Shown: positions 1 through 12,330, counted from the stretch's first letter. The stretch: DNA of 64,000 bases from Octopus sinensis (GCF_006345805.1 NC_043004.1:102486001-102550000); one strand, 5' to 3'. Program-made: numbers and translations. Notes: generated by a model not told the origin, from the sequence alone.

Positions 1-880
1 TGGATCAATTCTATCTTTAATAGCTCTACCCTGAAGCTATCCTATTCCATCCCACTCCACTTCCAATTTATTGTAGCAGCCTCTAATAAACAAAAGCTTT
101 CTACTATCACAACTCACACTATAACAACTTTGAATACACAAACGCCCAACATATACACAGCCCCAGCATTGAACCCCATATGTTAGACCACAACCATAAC
201 CCAACTTATCCTACTAACACTATTCAGAATATTACCACAACTTCCACCACCGTTACAGATAGAATAATTAACAACTAAGATAGCAATAATAATGATAATA
301 GTAATAATAACACTAATAACTTAGACCTTTCTACCCCCATCTCTACCCTCTCCTTGACAGTATTATCTCCTCCATTCCTGAAAATAATCCCCAAAATACA
401 CCCACTTGTAACTGCCATCCTGGGTCCATCTGCCCTCTACAAATCCATTGTAGAAGATCTAATGTAATTTATAAATGCACTATTACACAATTCTACAGCT
501 ATATATATATATATAGGGTCAACCATAAATTTAAAACAGCCATATGCCACTCATCTCAATTCTTTTAGATACGAGAAACACAGTAAATCCACAACACTTG
601 CCAGTCATATACATCACATCTCAAAAATAGAAATATTCCCTACATTTTGTCATGGTCCATAATAGATTTAGGGCTTCCATACCAAGGTCAACACTTAGCC
701 TGTAAGTTATGCTTAAAAGAGGCATTCCACATATTAAAACACAGCTCCTCGACACTGCTATATAAATATAATGAGGCCCTTAGTTCTTGCAACCACCACT
801 TTTTTCATACCTTCAAATTTTACCATAAATCTAAATGCAACCTAAATAACTACACAGCATATACTCACAACACCCCTTAG
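1..880 (+). mobile_element. Penelope-like element (PLE), degenerate ORF C-terminal half: RT-EN linker, Cys motif and GIY-YIG endonuclease
   Basis: Manual translation gives IFNSSTLKLSYS...IVAASNKQKL (frame from 1), CNCHPGSICPLQIHCRRSNVIYKCTIT (407-487), YIGSTINLKQPYATHLNSFRYEKHSKSTTLASHIH (from 510) and SWSIIDLGLPYQGQHLACKLCLKEAFHILK...LLYKYNEALSSCNH (ORF 647-880). This is the motif order typical of PLE GIY-YIG domains, with frameshifts. Confidence 0.8.
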
Positions 881-1017
881 GTAATCCCCAACAACCCTAC
901 TTAACTTTCCTTTATCTCCATTTCAATTTTTTAACTCCCCTATCTTATTTTAAGGATCTCAGATTTAATACTACATATATGGATATGCAAGCAGATACAT
1001 GTGTGTGTGTTAATGTG

Positions 1018-1082
<65 letters not shown>

Positions 1083-1849
1083 ATATATATATATTTATAT
1101 ATGTGTGTGTGTATGTATATGTACGTGCATATGTATATGCAAATATGAGTGTATGTATGTGTATATATTTATACGTATGTACCTGTATGCGTACATACAT
1201 GTGGCTAAGTGCATGTGCGCCTGTGCATGTTTGCACATATGTGTATATGTATTCACACGTGTGTATGAATACATTTATGGATGCATATGACATGCATGTA
1301 TATATATGTATGTGTATGTATATGTGTGTGTGTATATATGTATGCATGTGTGCACATATATGTATATATGTGCGCTCATACATATGTCATATCTTCTTTC
1401 CCCCTCTCTGATTCCTAGCTATCACAGTAACCTATACAATCACATATGTCTATTTATAGAAATTTGACAGCCTTGTATTCTCCCTTCCACTTGAAATTTC
1501 ACTACTAAAACTACTACTACTACTACTACACCCATACCTTTTCTCTACCCATCCCTTAATGCAGCTCTTTAATATCACCCCTACTCACATATCTCACACT
1601 TATTCATTCCTTACCTTCTCATCTCTGCATCCCTCCCTCACTCCTCTCCCATCCTCCCCTCACATTATCTTGACCACCAACTAACACTCCTGTTCTCACT
1701 TCTTTCACCCTTTCTTCACTTTTTTCTCTCCCCTTTCTTTCTCTTTCTTCTCATTTTCTCTTCCTGTTTTCATTTTGACCTATTTAATCATACCCCCCCC
1801 CCTCATCTATCCACAAATACTACCAATATGTTCTCAAATTTTCATTCAC

Positions 1850-2238
1850 ACCACAATCAGCAACACAGAATCCATGGCTCCATAGTTTGAAATGACTAAA
1901 CATGAACTACAATTGGAACTAATGTACCATGTACAGGAAACTTTTTTACCACTTCTATACACCACTTTCCTCGAATAATGGAACTGCAACTATGTTGTCT
2001 CTTTTTATATTTTATTTCTACTTTTATTCCCTTATTTCCCTCTATATTCCCTGTCTCCATCTTTTCCATAATAATTCCTTATTTTGAACTCAAATATTTA
2101 CCTCTATTTAACCATCTCACATCGTTTCTGATGAAGGGATAGTCAATATCGCAGACACAGCTGTAACACTACATATCTTTTTCCTTATAAATGTCCTGTA
2201 AACTACTCACAACCTTGGCTTTATCTCATTTTGTCTCA

Positions 2239-2245
<7 letters not shown>
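1850..2245 (+). mobile_element. Penelope-type terminal (pLTR/3') sequence with degenerate hammerhead-like motif
   Basis: Lies downstream of the PLE ORF. Contains CTGATGA-A-GGGATAGTCAATATCGC-AGACAC at 2128-2157 and a T-rich 3' flank ending in (TA)n. Confidence 0.5.
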
Positions 2246-2272
<27 letters not shown>

Positions 2273-2284
2273 TATATATATACA

Positions 2285-2472
2285 CATGATTGACTGCTAG
2301 CTCAAAGCTGTTTTTATTCTCTCTTTATTTCCTTGTATTCCTTTCTGTTGAAGAGCGTAGGCGCGAAATGTAAAAGACTTTCTCACCTTCCCGTGTGTTA
2401 AACAAATATACCTGTTTATTTGTTTATACACCTGTCTTTGTCTTTTGTTTTTCTGTAAATTTCAACTATATA
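2285..2472 (+). mobile_element. Short PLE-type repeat with minimal hammerhead-like core
   Basis: CTGTTGA-A-GAGC-GTAG-GCGC-GAAA at 2345-2368, embedded in a T-rich unit flanked by TA/TG microsatellites. Confidence 0.5.
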
Positions 2473-2519
2473 TGTGTGTGTGTGCGTGTGCGTGTGTGTG
2501 TATACACACACATGTATAT

Positions 2520-2730
2520 ACATGTATAATGGTTTACTAGTGCAAAGACACACTTCTCTTTGTTATTTTTCCTCCATTTTCTCGTCTATATATATATATG
2601 AGTACAGGACACCACAAATAAACGTAGAACACAATGAGAAACGAAAACATAAAAAACAAACAAGGAAACAGACTTTTTTCAGCAACGAAAAAACAGAGTA
2701 CAAGACAAACAATACGAGGACTTATTATAT
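2520..2730 (-). repeat. Unclassified interspersed repeat fragment (PLE-terminal-like composition)
   Basis: A-rich on the plus strand, retains CpGs and is flanked by microsatellites. Family assignment is by resemblance only. Confidence 0.35.
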
Positions 2731-2911
2731 GTGTATATAAATATATATATGTTTGTAAATATTTATATATATATATATGTATGTGTATATAAATATATGT
2801 ATGTATATATGTGTATATAAATATATGTATATATATGTGTATATAAATGTATGTATAATGTATGTATGTATGTGTATATACATATATAAATATATGTATA
2901 TATATACACAC

Positions 2912-3005
2912 ATCATCATCATCCGCTTTCCATGCTAGCACGGGTTGGATGATTTGACTGAGGTCTGGCAAACCAGATGGCTGCACCAGACTCCAATCTG
3001 ATTTC
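2912..3005 (-). mobile_element. RTE LINE 3' tail fragment
   Basis: (CAT)n followed by CCGCTTTCCATGCTAGCACGGGTTGGA, the reverse complement of the terminus shared by the other RTE copies in the window. Confidence 0.8.
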
Positions 3006-3030
3006 CTAACGCCACACACATGTATATATG

Positions 3031-3096
<66 letters not shown>

Positions 3097-3106
3097 TAAA
3101 TATAGT

Positions 3107-3293
3107 ACTCTCTTATTCTGTTACCTGTTTGTCATTTGAGTGTGGCCATGCTGAAGCACCAACTTTCAGTTGAAGAAATCGGCCCTTGGTCTTATTCTTT
3201 GTAACCGTTAAGATGTGGAGATATAACACATCAGCATCAGTTTCTAAGTGATGGTGGGGTAGAGCAAACACAGACACAAATAGACTCATATAA

Positions 3294-3338
<45 letters not shown>

Positions 3339-3484
3339 CAGACTTCGTTCAGTTTCAATTAACCAAATCCACAGACATGACTTTGGTCAGCCAAGGCTAT
3401 AGTAGAAGACACTTGTCCAAGGACTGAATCCAGAACCATGTAGTTGGTAAGCAAGCTTCTTAGCACACAGCCATGCCCACGCCT
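3107..3484 (-). mobile_element. tRNA-derived SINE, family A (resembles octopus OK/OR-type SINEs)
   Basis: Homologous over its length to the copy at 5258-5643 and has the internal (TA)n tract. Confidence 0.85.
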
Positions 3485-3557
3485 ATATATATATATATAT
3501 ATATAGATATATATATAGATATATATATAGATATATATATATTATATATATATATAT

Positions 3558-3708
3558 AGGCGTGGGCATGGCTGTGTGCTAAGAAGCTTGCTTACCAACT
3601 ACATGGTTCTGGATTCAGTCCTTGGACAAGTGTCTTCTACTATAGCCTTGGCTGACCAAAGTCATGTCTGTGGATTTGGTTAATTGAAACTGAACGAAGT
3701 CTGCCCTA
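3558..3708 (+). mobile_element. SINE family A 5' part; exact inverted duplicate of 3334-3484
   Basis: Reverse complement of 3334-3484, including a private deletion in the CAAGGACTGAATCC segment. Confidence 0.85.
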
Positions 3709-4062
3709 CAGTTATCCAACACAGTCCCTGTCTCCATAAATTTCTTGTGCCATGCACGAATGGAAGGACGTGATGGTGGATCTCTTCCATACTTAGTTCT
3801 GTAGTTTCGTTGAGTCTAGACATCCGATTTTGTCTCAGTAAACCAGGATACACATTGTGCCTTTTCATGAGGAGTAGCCATTTTATAGGGGTTCAGTGAA
3901 TCAGTTCCCTTCCATCAACAGAGTATCTGAAACACAAAAATTTAATATCAATAAAAACTTTAATAAACATTTATTAAAATAAAACAAATCTGGTTAAAAT
4001 ATTTCATCAACTGCCTTTGTAATAATTTTTTTAAATTGTAAAGAGATTTTATGGACACCCTG
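3709..4062 (-). mobile_element. Tc1/mariner DNA transposon, left end with truncated transposase pseudogene
   Basis: On the minus strand, TA|CAGGGTGTCC terminal repeat at 4062. ATG at 3881 translates as MATPHEKAQCVSWFTETKSDV*TQRNYRTKYGRDPPSRPSIRAWHKKFMETGTVLD, an HTH-type N-terminus of mariner/Tc3-like (DUF4817-like) transposases, with one in-frame stop. Confidence 0.85.
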
Positions 4063-4094
<32 letters not shown>

Positions 4095-4120
4095 ATATAT
4101 ATTATATATATATATATATA

Positions 4121-4525
4121 CTCTTTACACTCTTTTACTTGTTTCAGTCATTTTGACTGTGGCCATGCTGGAGCACTGCCTTTAGTCGAGCAAATCGACC
4201 CCAGGACTTATTCTTTGTAAGCCCAGTACTTATTCTATCGGTCTCTTTTGCCGAACTGCTAAGTGACGGGGACGTAAACACACCAGCATCGGTTGTCAAG
4301 CAATGCTAAGGGGGGACAAACACAGACACACACACATACACATATATATATATACATTTATACGACAGGCTTCTCTCAGTTTCCGTCTACCAAATCCACT
4401 CACAAGTCATTGGTCGGCCCGGGGCTATAGCAGAAGACACTTGCCCAAGATGCCACGCAGTGGGACTGAACCCGCAACCATGTGGTTGGTTAGCAAGCTA
4501 CTTACCACACAGCCACTCCTGCGCC
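4121..4525 (-). mobile_element. tRNA-derived SINE family A, near full length, young
   Basis: CpG-intact and nearly identical to the reverse complement of 5258-5643. Confidence 0.9.
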
Positions 4526-4579
4526 TATGTATATATATATATATATACATACACACACATATAAATACACATACACATG

Positions 4580-4948
4580 CATGCATGGAAGATGTAGAAC
4601 AATGTAGTGAGATAGGATCTTCAGGTGGTGGGCCTCACTGGGCAGATGACAGGGGACCAAGAGTCCTGGCAGTTTGCTGTGCTTGAGAAGTCATTAAGCT
4701 AAGTAAAATTGAGGTTGCCCTTGCATACAGGCATGTCCCCTGCATCGCTCTTCAGTTGAGCACTATTAATCTTGTGGGCACTAGTGCCACGTAGAAAGCA
4801 CCCATACCTGTGTCATGTAAAAGCACGCAGGACACTCTGTGATGTAGTCGGTATTAGGAAGGGCATCTTCATTTGGCCAGTTCCTGTCAAACTGTTTTCC
4901 TCATGCCAGCATGGAAAACGGACATTAAATGATGATGATGATGATGAT
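4580..4948 (+). mobile_element. RTE LINE 3' end (older subfamily)
   Basis: Degenerate C-terminal codons (...DLQVVGLTGQMTGDQESWQFAVLEKS), AGGAAGGGCATC motif and (GAT)n tail. Confidence 0.75.
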
Positions 4949-5257
4949 AACATACACGCACACATCATATCCGTGCATACATAGGTCAGGCAACACTTTT
5001 TAAAGCAATTTCCTATTGGAAGATGCCCTTCATGTCACCAACCTCCGGCTATTTATATGTAACATAATGTTTTCACTTGGCCAGACATGTTTTGACAGAA
5101 TATTAAAAATGAAAAACTCTTTCTATATATCAATGACAGTCATCTTTCAACTGTCATGTGATGTGAAAAGGAGACATCTTTCTACTTCTTTCGTCTTCCC
5201 ACTTTACTCTTCCCTTTTCTTTTTATAAGTACTCATTCTGTAAATAATAGTTATATA

Positions 5258-5643
5258 GGCGCAGGAGTGGCTGTGTGGTAAGTAGCTTGCTAACCAACCA
5301 CATGGTTGCGGGTTCAGTCCCACTGCGTGGCATCTTGGGCAAGTGTCTTCTGCTATAGCCCCGGGCCGACCAATGCCTTGTGAGTGGATTTGGTAGACGG
5401 AAACTGAAAGAAGCCTGTCGTGTATATGTATATATATATATGTGTGTGTCTGTGTTTGTCCCCCCAGCATTGCTTGACAACCGATGCTGGTGTGTTTACG
5501 TCCCCGTCACTTAGCAGTTCGGCAAAAGAGACCGATAGGATAAGTACTGGGCTTACAAAGAATAAGTCCTGGGGTCGATTTGCTCGACTAAAGGCGGTGC
5601 TCCAACATGGACGCAGTCAGATGACTGAAACGAGTAAAAGAGT
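5258..5643 (+). mobile_element. tRNA-derived SINE family A, full length reference copy
   Basis: Head GGCGCAGGAGTGGCTGTGTGGTAAG (A-box-like), GGTTCAGTCCC (B-box-like), TTGGGCAAGTGTCTT core, internal (TA)n(TG)n and 3' end AAAAGAGT. Confidence 0.9.
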
Positions 5644-6654
5644 ATATTTTATGATATTCCAGCTATTGTTTGACCCAGTATTTTACTTGATTTTCTGGGA
5701 TGCATGTAGTTTTAACCTGACAGCCTCCTTTCCTTCATTGTCCTCTTCACGTATGCTGCTCTCTCCCTCTCCTTTCTTTCCTTCCTTCCTTTATTCTCAC
5801 CCTTTCTCTCTTTGATGTTCTGTTTGGCCTGCCCATCCATCAATTAATGGCTCATTAAGAATAATTGTAGTGGTTGCTGGAATCTGAAACCTTTCCTGCC
5901 TTCTCAGATTGTATATTATAAACTAGGTACTTTGACCTGGCTGCACTGAGGACCTTGATGTCACATTAGATCTTATGTTGGAGTTTATGCCACTTTCTGT
6001 TTCTTCAATTCCTTTATTTTTTTGCACTTCCTCTATTGGTATGTGAACCTGATCGTTGCCTCTTTGTTGATTTTATTTTATGAAATGTGAGGACTTCATT
6101 TCTTTCCTCCTCCTTTCTCTCTCTCTTTCTCTTTTGTGTCTTTCTTTTGTCTTTGATTTCATCTTGAAAATCTCATGACAATAAATAAATTTGTATCTTG
6201 GAGGGGGTCAATAATAAACAAATGCACTAGTTCAGTTTCTCTTAATTTTCTGTTGATTGATTAGCTATTTAATCAACTAACTAATCAATTATTTTATTAC
6301 TCATTTGGCTACCCAATCAATCAGTTGTGTTTGCCAGAGTCCTTTGATCACCATTTGTAACCTCTTCAGTGACATACTCTTTCTACTTCAGATTAGTTTG
6401 CAAGTCTGAGATATGATTTATCAAACCATTTATTTTTGTTGGTTGAATTAACAAATACTAAGGAAATGAAATTGAACCAGTGTATGTATATTATTGGCAT
6501 AATGACTGTCCCAAGATACAACAAAATCTGTTTCAGCATATGGGTTTACATCAAGAATCTTGCAAACCTAATACAAATGTATGATAAATGGAGTGAGTGT
6601 GTACTACTGTCTCCGGCATTTTACCCAGTAATATTAATAGTGATTCTAAATGTA

Positions 6655-7085
6655 GGTGCAGGCATGGCTGGCTGTGTGGTAAGAAGTTTGCTTCCCAACC
6701 ACATTGATCTAGGTTCAGTTCCACTGCATGGCACCTTGTGTCCTCTAGTATAGCCTTGAGCTGATCAAGGCCTTGTGAGTGGATTTGGTAGACGGAAACT
6801 GAAAAATATCTGTTGTATGTATGTATGTATGTATGTATGTGTGTATGTGTGTGTGTGTGTGTGCATGTCATTGTGTATGTGTTTGTCCCCCAGCACTGCT
6901 TGACAACCAATGTTGATGTGTATACGTCACCATAACTTAGCAGTTTGGTAAAAGAGACTGATAGTATATGTACCAGGCTTAAAAGATAAGTACTAGAGTC
7001 AATGCATTTGACGGAAATGTTCTTCAAGGTGGTGCCCCAGCATGGCCACATCTAATGACAGAAGCAAGTAAAATACAAAAAGATA
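6655..7085 (+). mobile_element. SINE family A, diverged copy
   Basis: Colinear homology to 5258-5643 with an internal (TATG)n(TG)n tract. Confidence 0.8.
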
Positions 7086-7574
7086 GCTATAAGAACATAA
7101 ATTTGTAGGACAAGTGTAAAGTTAAAGGAATCACATCCAGTATATTATTGGGTCTTAATTGTCATCCTTGGAAGGATTTAGTTTAGGAATCTGTCCTGGT
7201 GGTAGCAGTCATAAGTACAAAACTTTTTAGCAGGGAGATCTCAGTCAGCAGAAATTTCTCCCCTTCAGATTTGTGTCCTAAAGGCAATGTCCTAAAGGCA
7301 ATCATCATCTTAGATACCATGTTTAAATTTGCAATTTATGTAAGTACAATAAACTTTAGCAACACATGTAAAAAATATATGGTATTAACTTTTAATTAAA
7401 TATTTTACTCCATGTGTACTGGAATTATTTTGAGCTTGTGGTTAAAAATATTTCTTGTAATTTTTTAATAAAATTCAATTAATGAATATTAAGTAGAAAA
7501 TTTACAAATTTAAAATTTAATATCAGAAATAAAACTTCTCTCTCTGTCTCTCTGTTTCTGTCTCTCTCTCTCTC

Positions 7575-7626
<52 letters not shown>

Positions 7627-8732
7627 ACATGTATATGAACTGTAGAACTAACTTGGGCTTAGAATATTAACTAACTATACAGAATATTTTTTCTTTTGAA
7701 ATCATCTCTCTCTAGAAAATGCAAAAATGTATTAATTAAAAATCTGAAATAAATTTCTTCATTAAATCTTCATTAATAATCTTTTTTTTGTTTTATATGG
7801 TTTTGAACTATATTTCTTTGATGTTATTCATTTTTTTACAAAATTATTATTGGTTAATTGAGTGAAGCAGCTTTGAAGAATTTCTTAATTCAATTAATAA
7901 TAGATTACTTATAGTTTAATATGTGTCACAGCAAACCTTGAATTTCTTATAGATCTTGTAAGATTTCTTATCTTTTCTGTTCTTAACAATAATACCCTTG
8001 TCTATTATCACACCTAATTAACACACTTGATGTACATGTTCTGTGTATAAAATGTGTAATTAACAAATTTGGACCTTGAAGCAATTGTTTCGTATTTTTT
8101 TAAAGATTCAGTTAATGTATTCCTCCCACTTGATGGTAGAAGATGATACATTTAAAATAGACTCTTCTCTATCATTAAAGCTAGAACATTCTTATATATA
8201 TATATAACACTGTACCAGTTAAATACCAATTGGAAAAACATATATTTACTTAATATTGATTTGAGCTAATGAGAGAGCTGGATACAAATAACAGCCAAAT
8301 CTCCCTTGAACTTCAGCAGCACAATGGATAAAGTAGTCTGGAATAGGCTAATGTTGAAAAATATCTGGATGATCATAGTTTGAATGCATTTCATCATCAG
8401 TCTACTCAATCAAGGCTGGCTTGGGGAATAAACAGCTAATAAAAATATCTTTGTATGGTTTTAGATCTTGTCTAGTGCATTTATGTACACATGGAACATT
8501 TTAGTAAAATCCCTGTAATTAAACAATTTGATTACCTCTGTTTGTTATACAAATGATATTTTTTAAGCTTACTTCAACAGATGTTTGTTAGATATCTTTT
8601 ATTTTGGTAATGCGCAAACACACACACTGCTTGATAGATATATCAGTAGCATTGCTTTCATACAGTGATTCACTATTTTAAAAAAAGTCGTAGAGAATTA
8701 TGACTATATATTTTAACTATCTAATTTCCCAT

Positions 8733-9080
8733 TCATCATCATCATCATCGTTTAACGTCCGTTTTCCGTGCTAGCACGGGTTGGACGGTTCGACCGGGGT
8801 CTGGGAAGCCAGGGGCTGCACCAGGCTCCAGTCTGATCTGGCAGTGTTTCTACAGCTGGATGCCCTTCCTAACGCCAACCACTCCGCGAGTGTAGTGGGT
8901 GCTTTTTACGTGCCACCGGCACAGGTGCCAGGGGAGTCTGGCATCGTCCACGATTGGTTGGTGCTTTTAACGTGCCACCAGCACGGAAGCCAGCCAAGGC
9001 GGCACTGGCATCGGCCACGTTCGGATGGTGCTTTTTATGTGCCACCAGCACAGAAGCCAGTCGAGGCAGCGCTGGCAGCT
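8733..9080 (-). mobile_element. RTE LINE 3' UTR fragment with three stem-loop units
   Basis: (CAT)n tail, GGATGCCCTTCCTAACGCCAACCACTCC motif and repeated GTGCCACCGGCAC units. Confidence 0.85.
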
Positions 9081-10374
9081 AATATTAAATCTCAACAATT
9101 CAAACAAGACTTGTTGGATTTTCCTTGGACATGGCATGAAAAATCACCAATGTCTCAAAGGAGTGAGTGTCATGGAGTTTAGTTACATCCAACAAACACT
9201 GAATTTTTTCCCAAAATCTAGGGTTTTTAACTAATTCTTAGAATTCCTATATGAGCAGTTATATTAACCAATGGAAAAACGACAATAATATTTCTTCGGC
9301 AAAACGACATTACGTCATATTGCCAGCTACCACAAATTGGCGCACTTATTTAAAAATAGGCTACTTGCTACACAGTCAACTCCACATTGCACAGTCTGCA
9401 ATTCTGTCCTCTTCCACACATCTACCACGTGCATACATGTCCACTTGTACACACACACTTACACACAAGCTGAAAATCCCTTCGGTTACTTTACTAGCCC
9501 TGACAATATCATTACCATCAAACATTAATTTCATTACTTTGAAATATAAAGTCTGGGCTGGGAATTACTCTTAAAATTAAAGACTTAACCTATGTTAAAA
9601 GGAATGAATACTATTGATTAACCATAACCGACAAAGGTTGCCTTTCATCGATAGAATATAATAGTTGTTAAGTACTGGAGTTAATTAAATTGTTAACATG
9701 CTTCTATCAATATGTATGATACCAAAGTTAGAAAATACTATTATCAAAATGGATTTCTCAGGTCTAAAAATCACCAAGCTAATTTAGCTATTTTCATCAT
9801 CAGTGGAATATATTTTTGTTACCATGGTTTCTTTGATAGTGTTTACAATGCATTGAATTATGTAATTGTCTGGAATTCCTTTTTGTTCATTTCGTATCTC
9901 AGAAAGGAGATTGATATAATAAATATACGTAAATCAGATCTTAATTTCATGAAGTTTCCCCATTTATTTTTCTATTTTTGGTTTGCAGGAAAGAATTTTG
10001 TAGTTTTTTTTTTTTTTAACAAATGTTTGAAAGAAATCCTGTATTTATTGGGGAAATATGTGACACACTTTCAGCTGTTGAAATATATTTATTGGTTAGT
10101 TATTTAACATGAGAATGTAAAATACCTTCTTTACGTATGTAGGTTGAATGTACTGTTGTTATTTGTTAAATAACCCATTTTTATCAAATTGAGGAATATT
10201 ATTCTATAGACTTAGGCTCGCATCCAGCAGGTAGCCTTTAACCTGTTTTCCATCCAAGAACTTTTAATCCAATATGTTACGTACTGTTATTTATAGTTGA
10301 TTCCACTTTTGAGATTTTTGTAGATGTTTTTTTTGTTTGTTTTTCACATTGCGTAACTGCTATAAAAAAAAATA

Positions 10375-10600
10375 ATGAAATTATTGTATACAGTGCTCAG
10401 GTGCACCACAACTTGTCAGAAAGTGCATATAAAGTACATGCAGTAATGTAGAAATGTCTGGAATTATAATTATTCTTGTGGAAGTCTTGGTTTGATGGTA
10501 ATTATATAATATTATATAAACATCTTGTATAATTTGATGGAAATAATAAATGCAATATTTGAAATAGTTAACCTGATTCCAATAATATATTCCATCCATT
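10375..10600 (-). repeat. Unclassified interspersed repeat, possibly a LINE 3' end
   Basis: Discrete unit ending in an (ATT)-like tail on the minus strand. No coding similarity recognised. Confidence 0.3.
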
Positions 10601-10632
10601 AAATATAAAGCAATTAGTTAGTTTTTCTAGAT

Positions 10633-10945
10633 TCAGGCATGGCTTTGTAACCAAGAAGCTAGCTTTGCTACGATGTGGTCTCAGGTGCAGTGTCGTTGCA
10701 TGGCACATTAGGCAACTATGTGAAAGCCTATAGTGTCTGTGTATGGTTTTGTGCTCCCCCTTCTACTGCTTGACAACCATGTTGGTTTGTTTATATCCCC
10801 ATAACTTAGCAGTTAAGCAAAAGATATAAACAGAATAAATGCCAGGCTTAAAATGTAAGTACTGATGCTGGTTTGTTCGACTAAACCTTTGAATGTGGTG
10901 CCCCAGCATGGTCACAGTTCATTGACTGAAACAAGTAAAAGAGAA
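10633..10945 (+). mobile_element. SINE family A, degenerate with internal deletion
   Basis: GGCATGGCT head, CTTGACAACC...TAACTTAGC middle and GACTGAAACAAGTAAAAGAG end. Confidence 0.7.
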
Positions 10946-10976
10946 AGATGCATATATGTGTGTGTATTTATGTATG

Positions 10977-11024
<48 letters not shown>

Positions 11025-11493
11025 TATATGTGTGTGTGTGTGCATATAGATAGATAGATAGAAAATTTTATAATTAATAAATAATTATAATGGTGTGCAC
11101 ACAAAGTGCCAGCTAGCTAGAAATAAGACCTAAAATGCTCAAATAAGCCACCAGATTCACTGAAAAATCATAACAGACTAGTAGAAATCAGGCAAATGAG
11201 CAAATAAAAATTTAACACGTTAACTCGGCTGAAAGCTGTAGAATTAGGTAAACAGATATACCTGTATCATGATTTCGAATTCTGGATTATTCCTCAGTTC
11301 TCTTCAGCTGGTCTTACTAGATACAGAGTGCCAAAGATCCACTCATCTCACTGTGACCATTAAGCATTGAACAGGCTTATGCCAAATTCAAAACAATTTC
11401 AGTGCATAATTTATGACAAATGGAGTAAATATTCATATAGATATTATGATTATTATTAATAATAATAGTTATGAATATTCATTTAAATATTTA

Positions 11494-11536
<43 letters not shown>

Positions 11537-11955
11537 TTTGTTTACTCCGGTATATATATATATGAATATATATGTATTCATGCACTTGTGTAAACATACA
11601 GTATGTTTTTTTCTCTTTAGTATGTGTAGATTCCTTCAGTGAAAGCCTTCCATCTGTCCTTGTGAATATCAGTGACTATGTATCCTGTTTTGACGGTGAT
11701 GATGTGTGGAGACTTGGATTGCTATTTTTAGCGAGTTCATTGTACATTTAGAGATTCCTTTAGTTGTTTTTTGAACCCTAGCAAAGCTTTGATCAATCAA
11801 AGAGCTATTCTGTGAAATACTTGAATATCTTTTTGAAAGAGCTTTGTAGCTTTAAATTCATGGTTTACAAGTCCTCATTAGCAAACTCACATCTTCAGAA
11901 ACTTACAAATATCATTGATGATAATGAGCTATTTATGCTTTCATTGTTCACCCTG

Positions 11956-12039
<84 letters not shown>

Positions 12040-12040
12040 T
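11956..12040 (+). repeat. (CT)n microsatellite
   Basis: Long, nearly uninterrupted CT dinucleotide run. Confidence 0.95.
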
Positions 12041-12129
12041 CCTCTCCAACTCCAACTCCAATCAAAGAGCTGATTTAATGAAACTGTAAGGTCCTGATAT
12101 ATAAACTTTAAATGTGTTACATAATAACA

Positions 12130-12330
12130 AGCATGGCTGTATGGTTGAGAAGTTTGCTTCCCAACCACAAGGTTTCATGTTCAGTCCCACTATGTAGCAC
12201 CTTGGGCATATATCTTCTATACCTCCAGGCAAACCAAAAAACCCCATGAATTAATTCAGTAGATTGAACCTGAAAGAAGCCCATCATTTGTGTATATGTG
12301 TAGGTATGTGTGTCATTGTCTTGACATCAC
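12130..12330 (+). mobile_element. SINE family A 5' half, degenerate
   Basis: GCATGGCTGTATGGTTGAGAAGTTTGCTTCCCAACC...TTCAGTCCCACT...ACCTTGGGCA. Confidence 0.65.

Noticed and set aside
940-1411. ORFs of 103-147 aa on both strands
   Set aside because: Translations of (TA)/(TG)/(CA) microsatellite mosaics (YIYI, CVCV, HTHT). The same applies to ORFs at 2537-3097, 11812-12168 and 35976-36335.
7269-7339. Candidate exon ending in GTAAGT
   Set aside because: Contains a 14-bp tandem duplication (TGTCCTAAAGGCAA) typical of neutral DNA, and the peptide is unrecognised.
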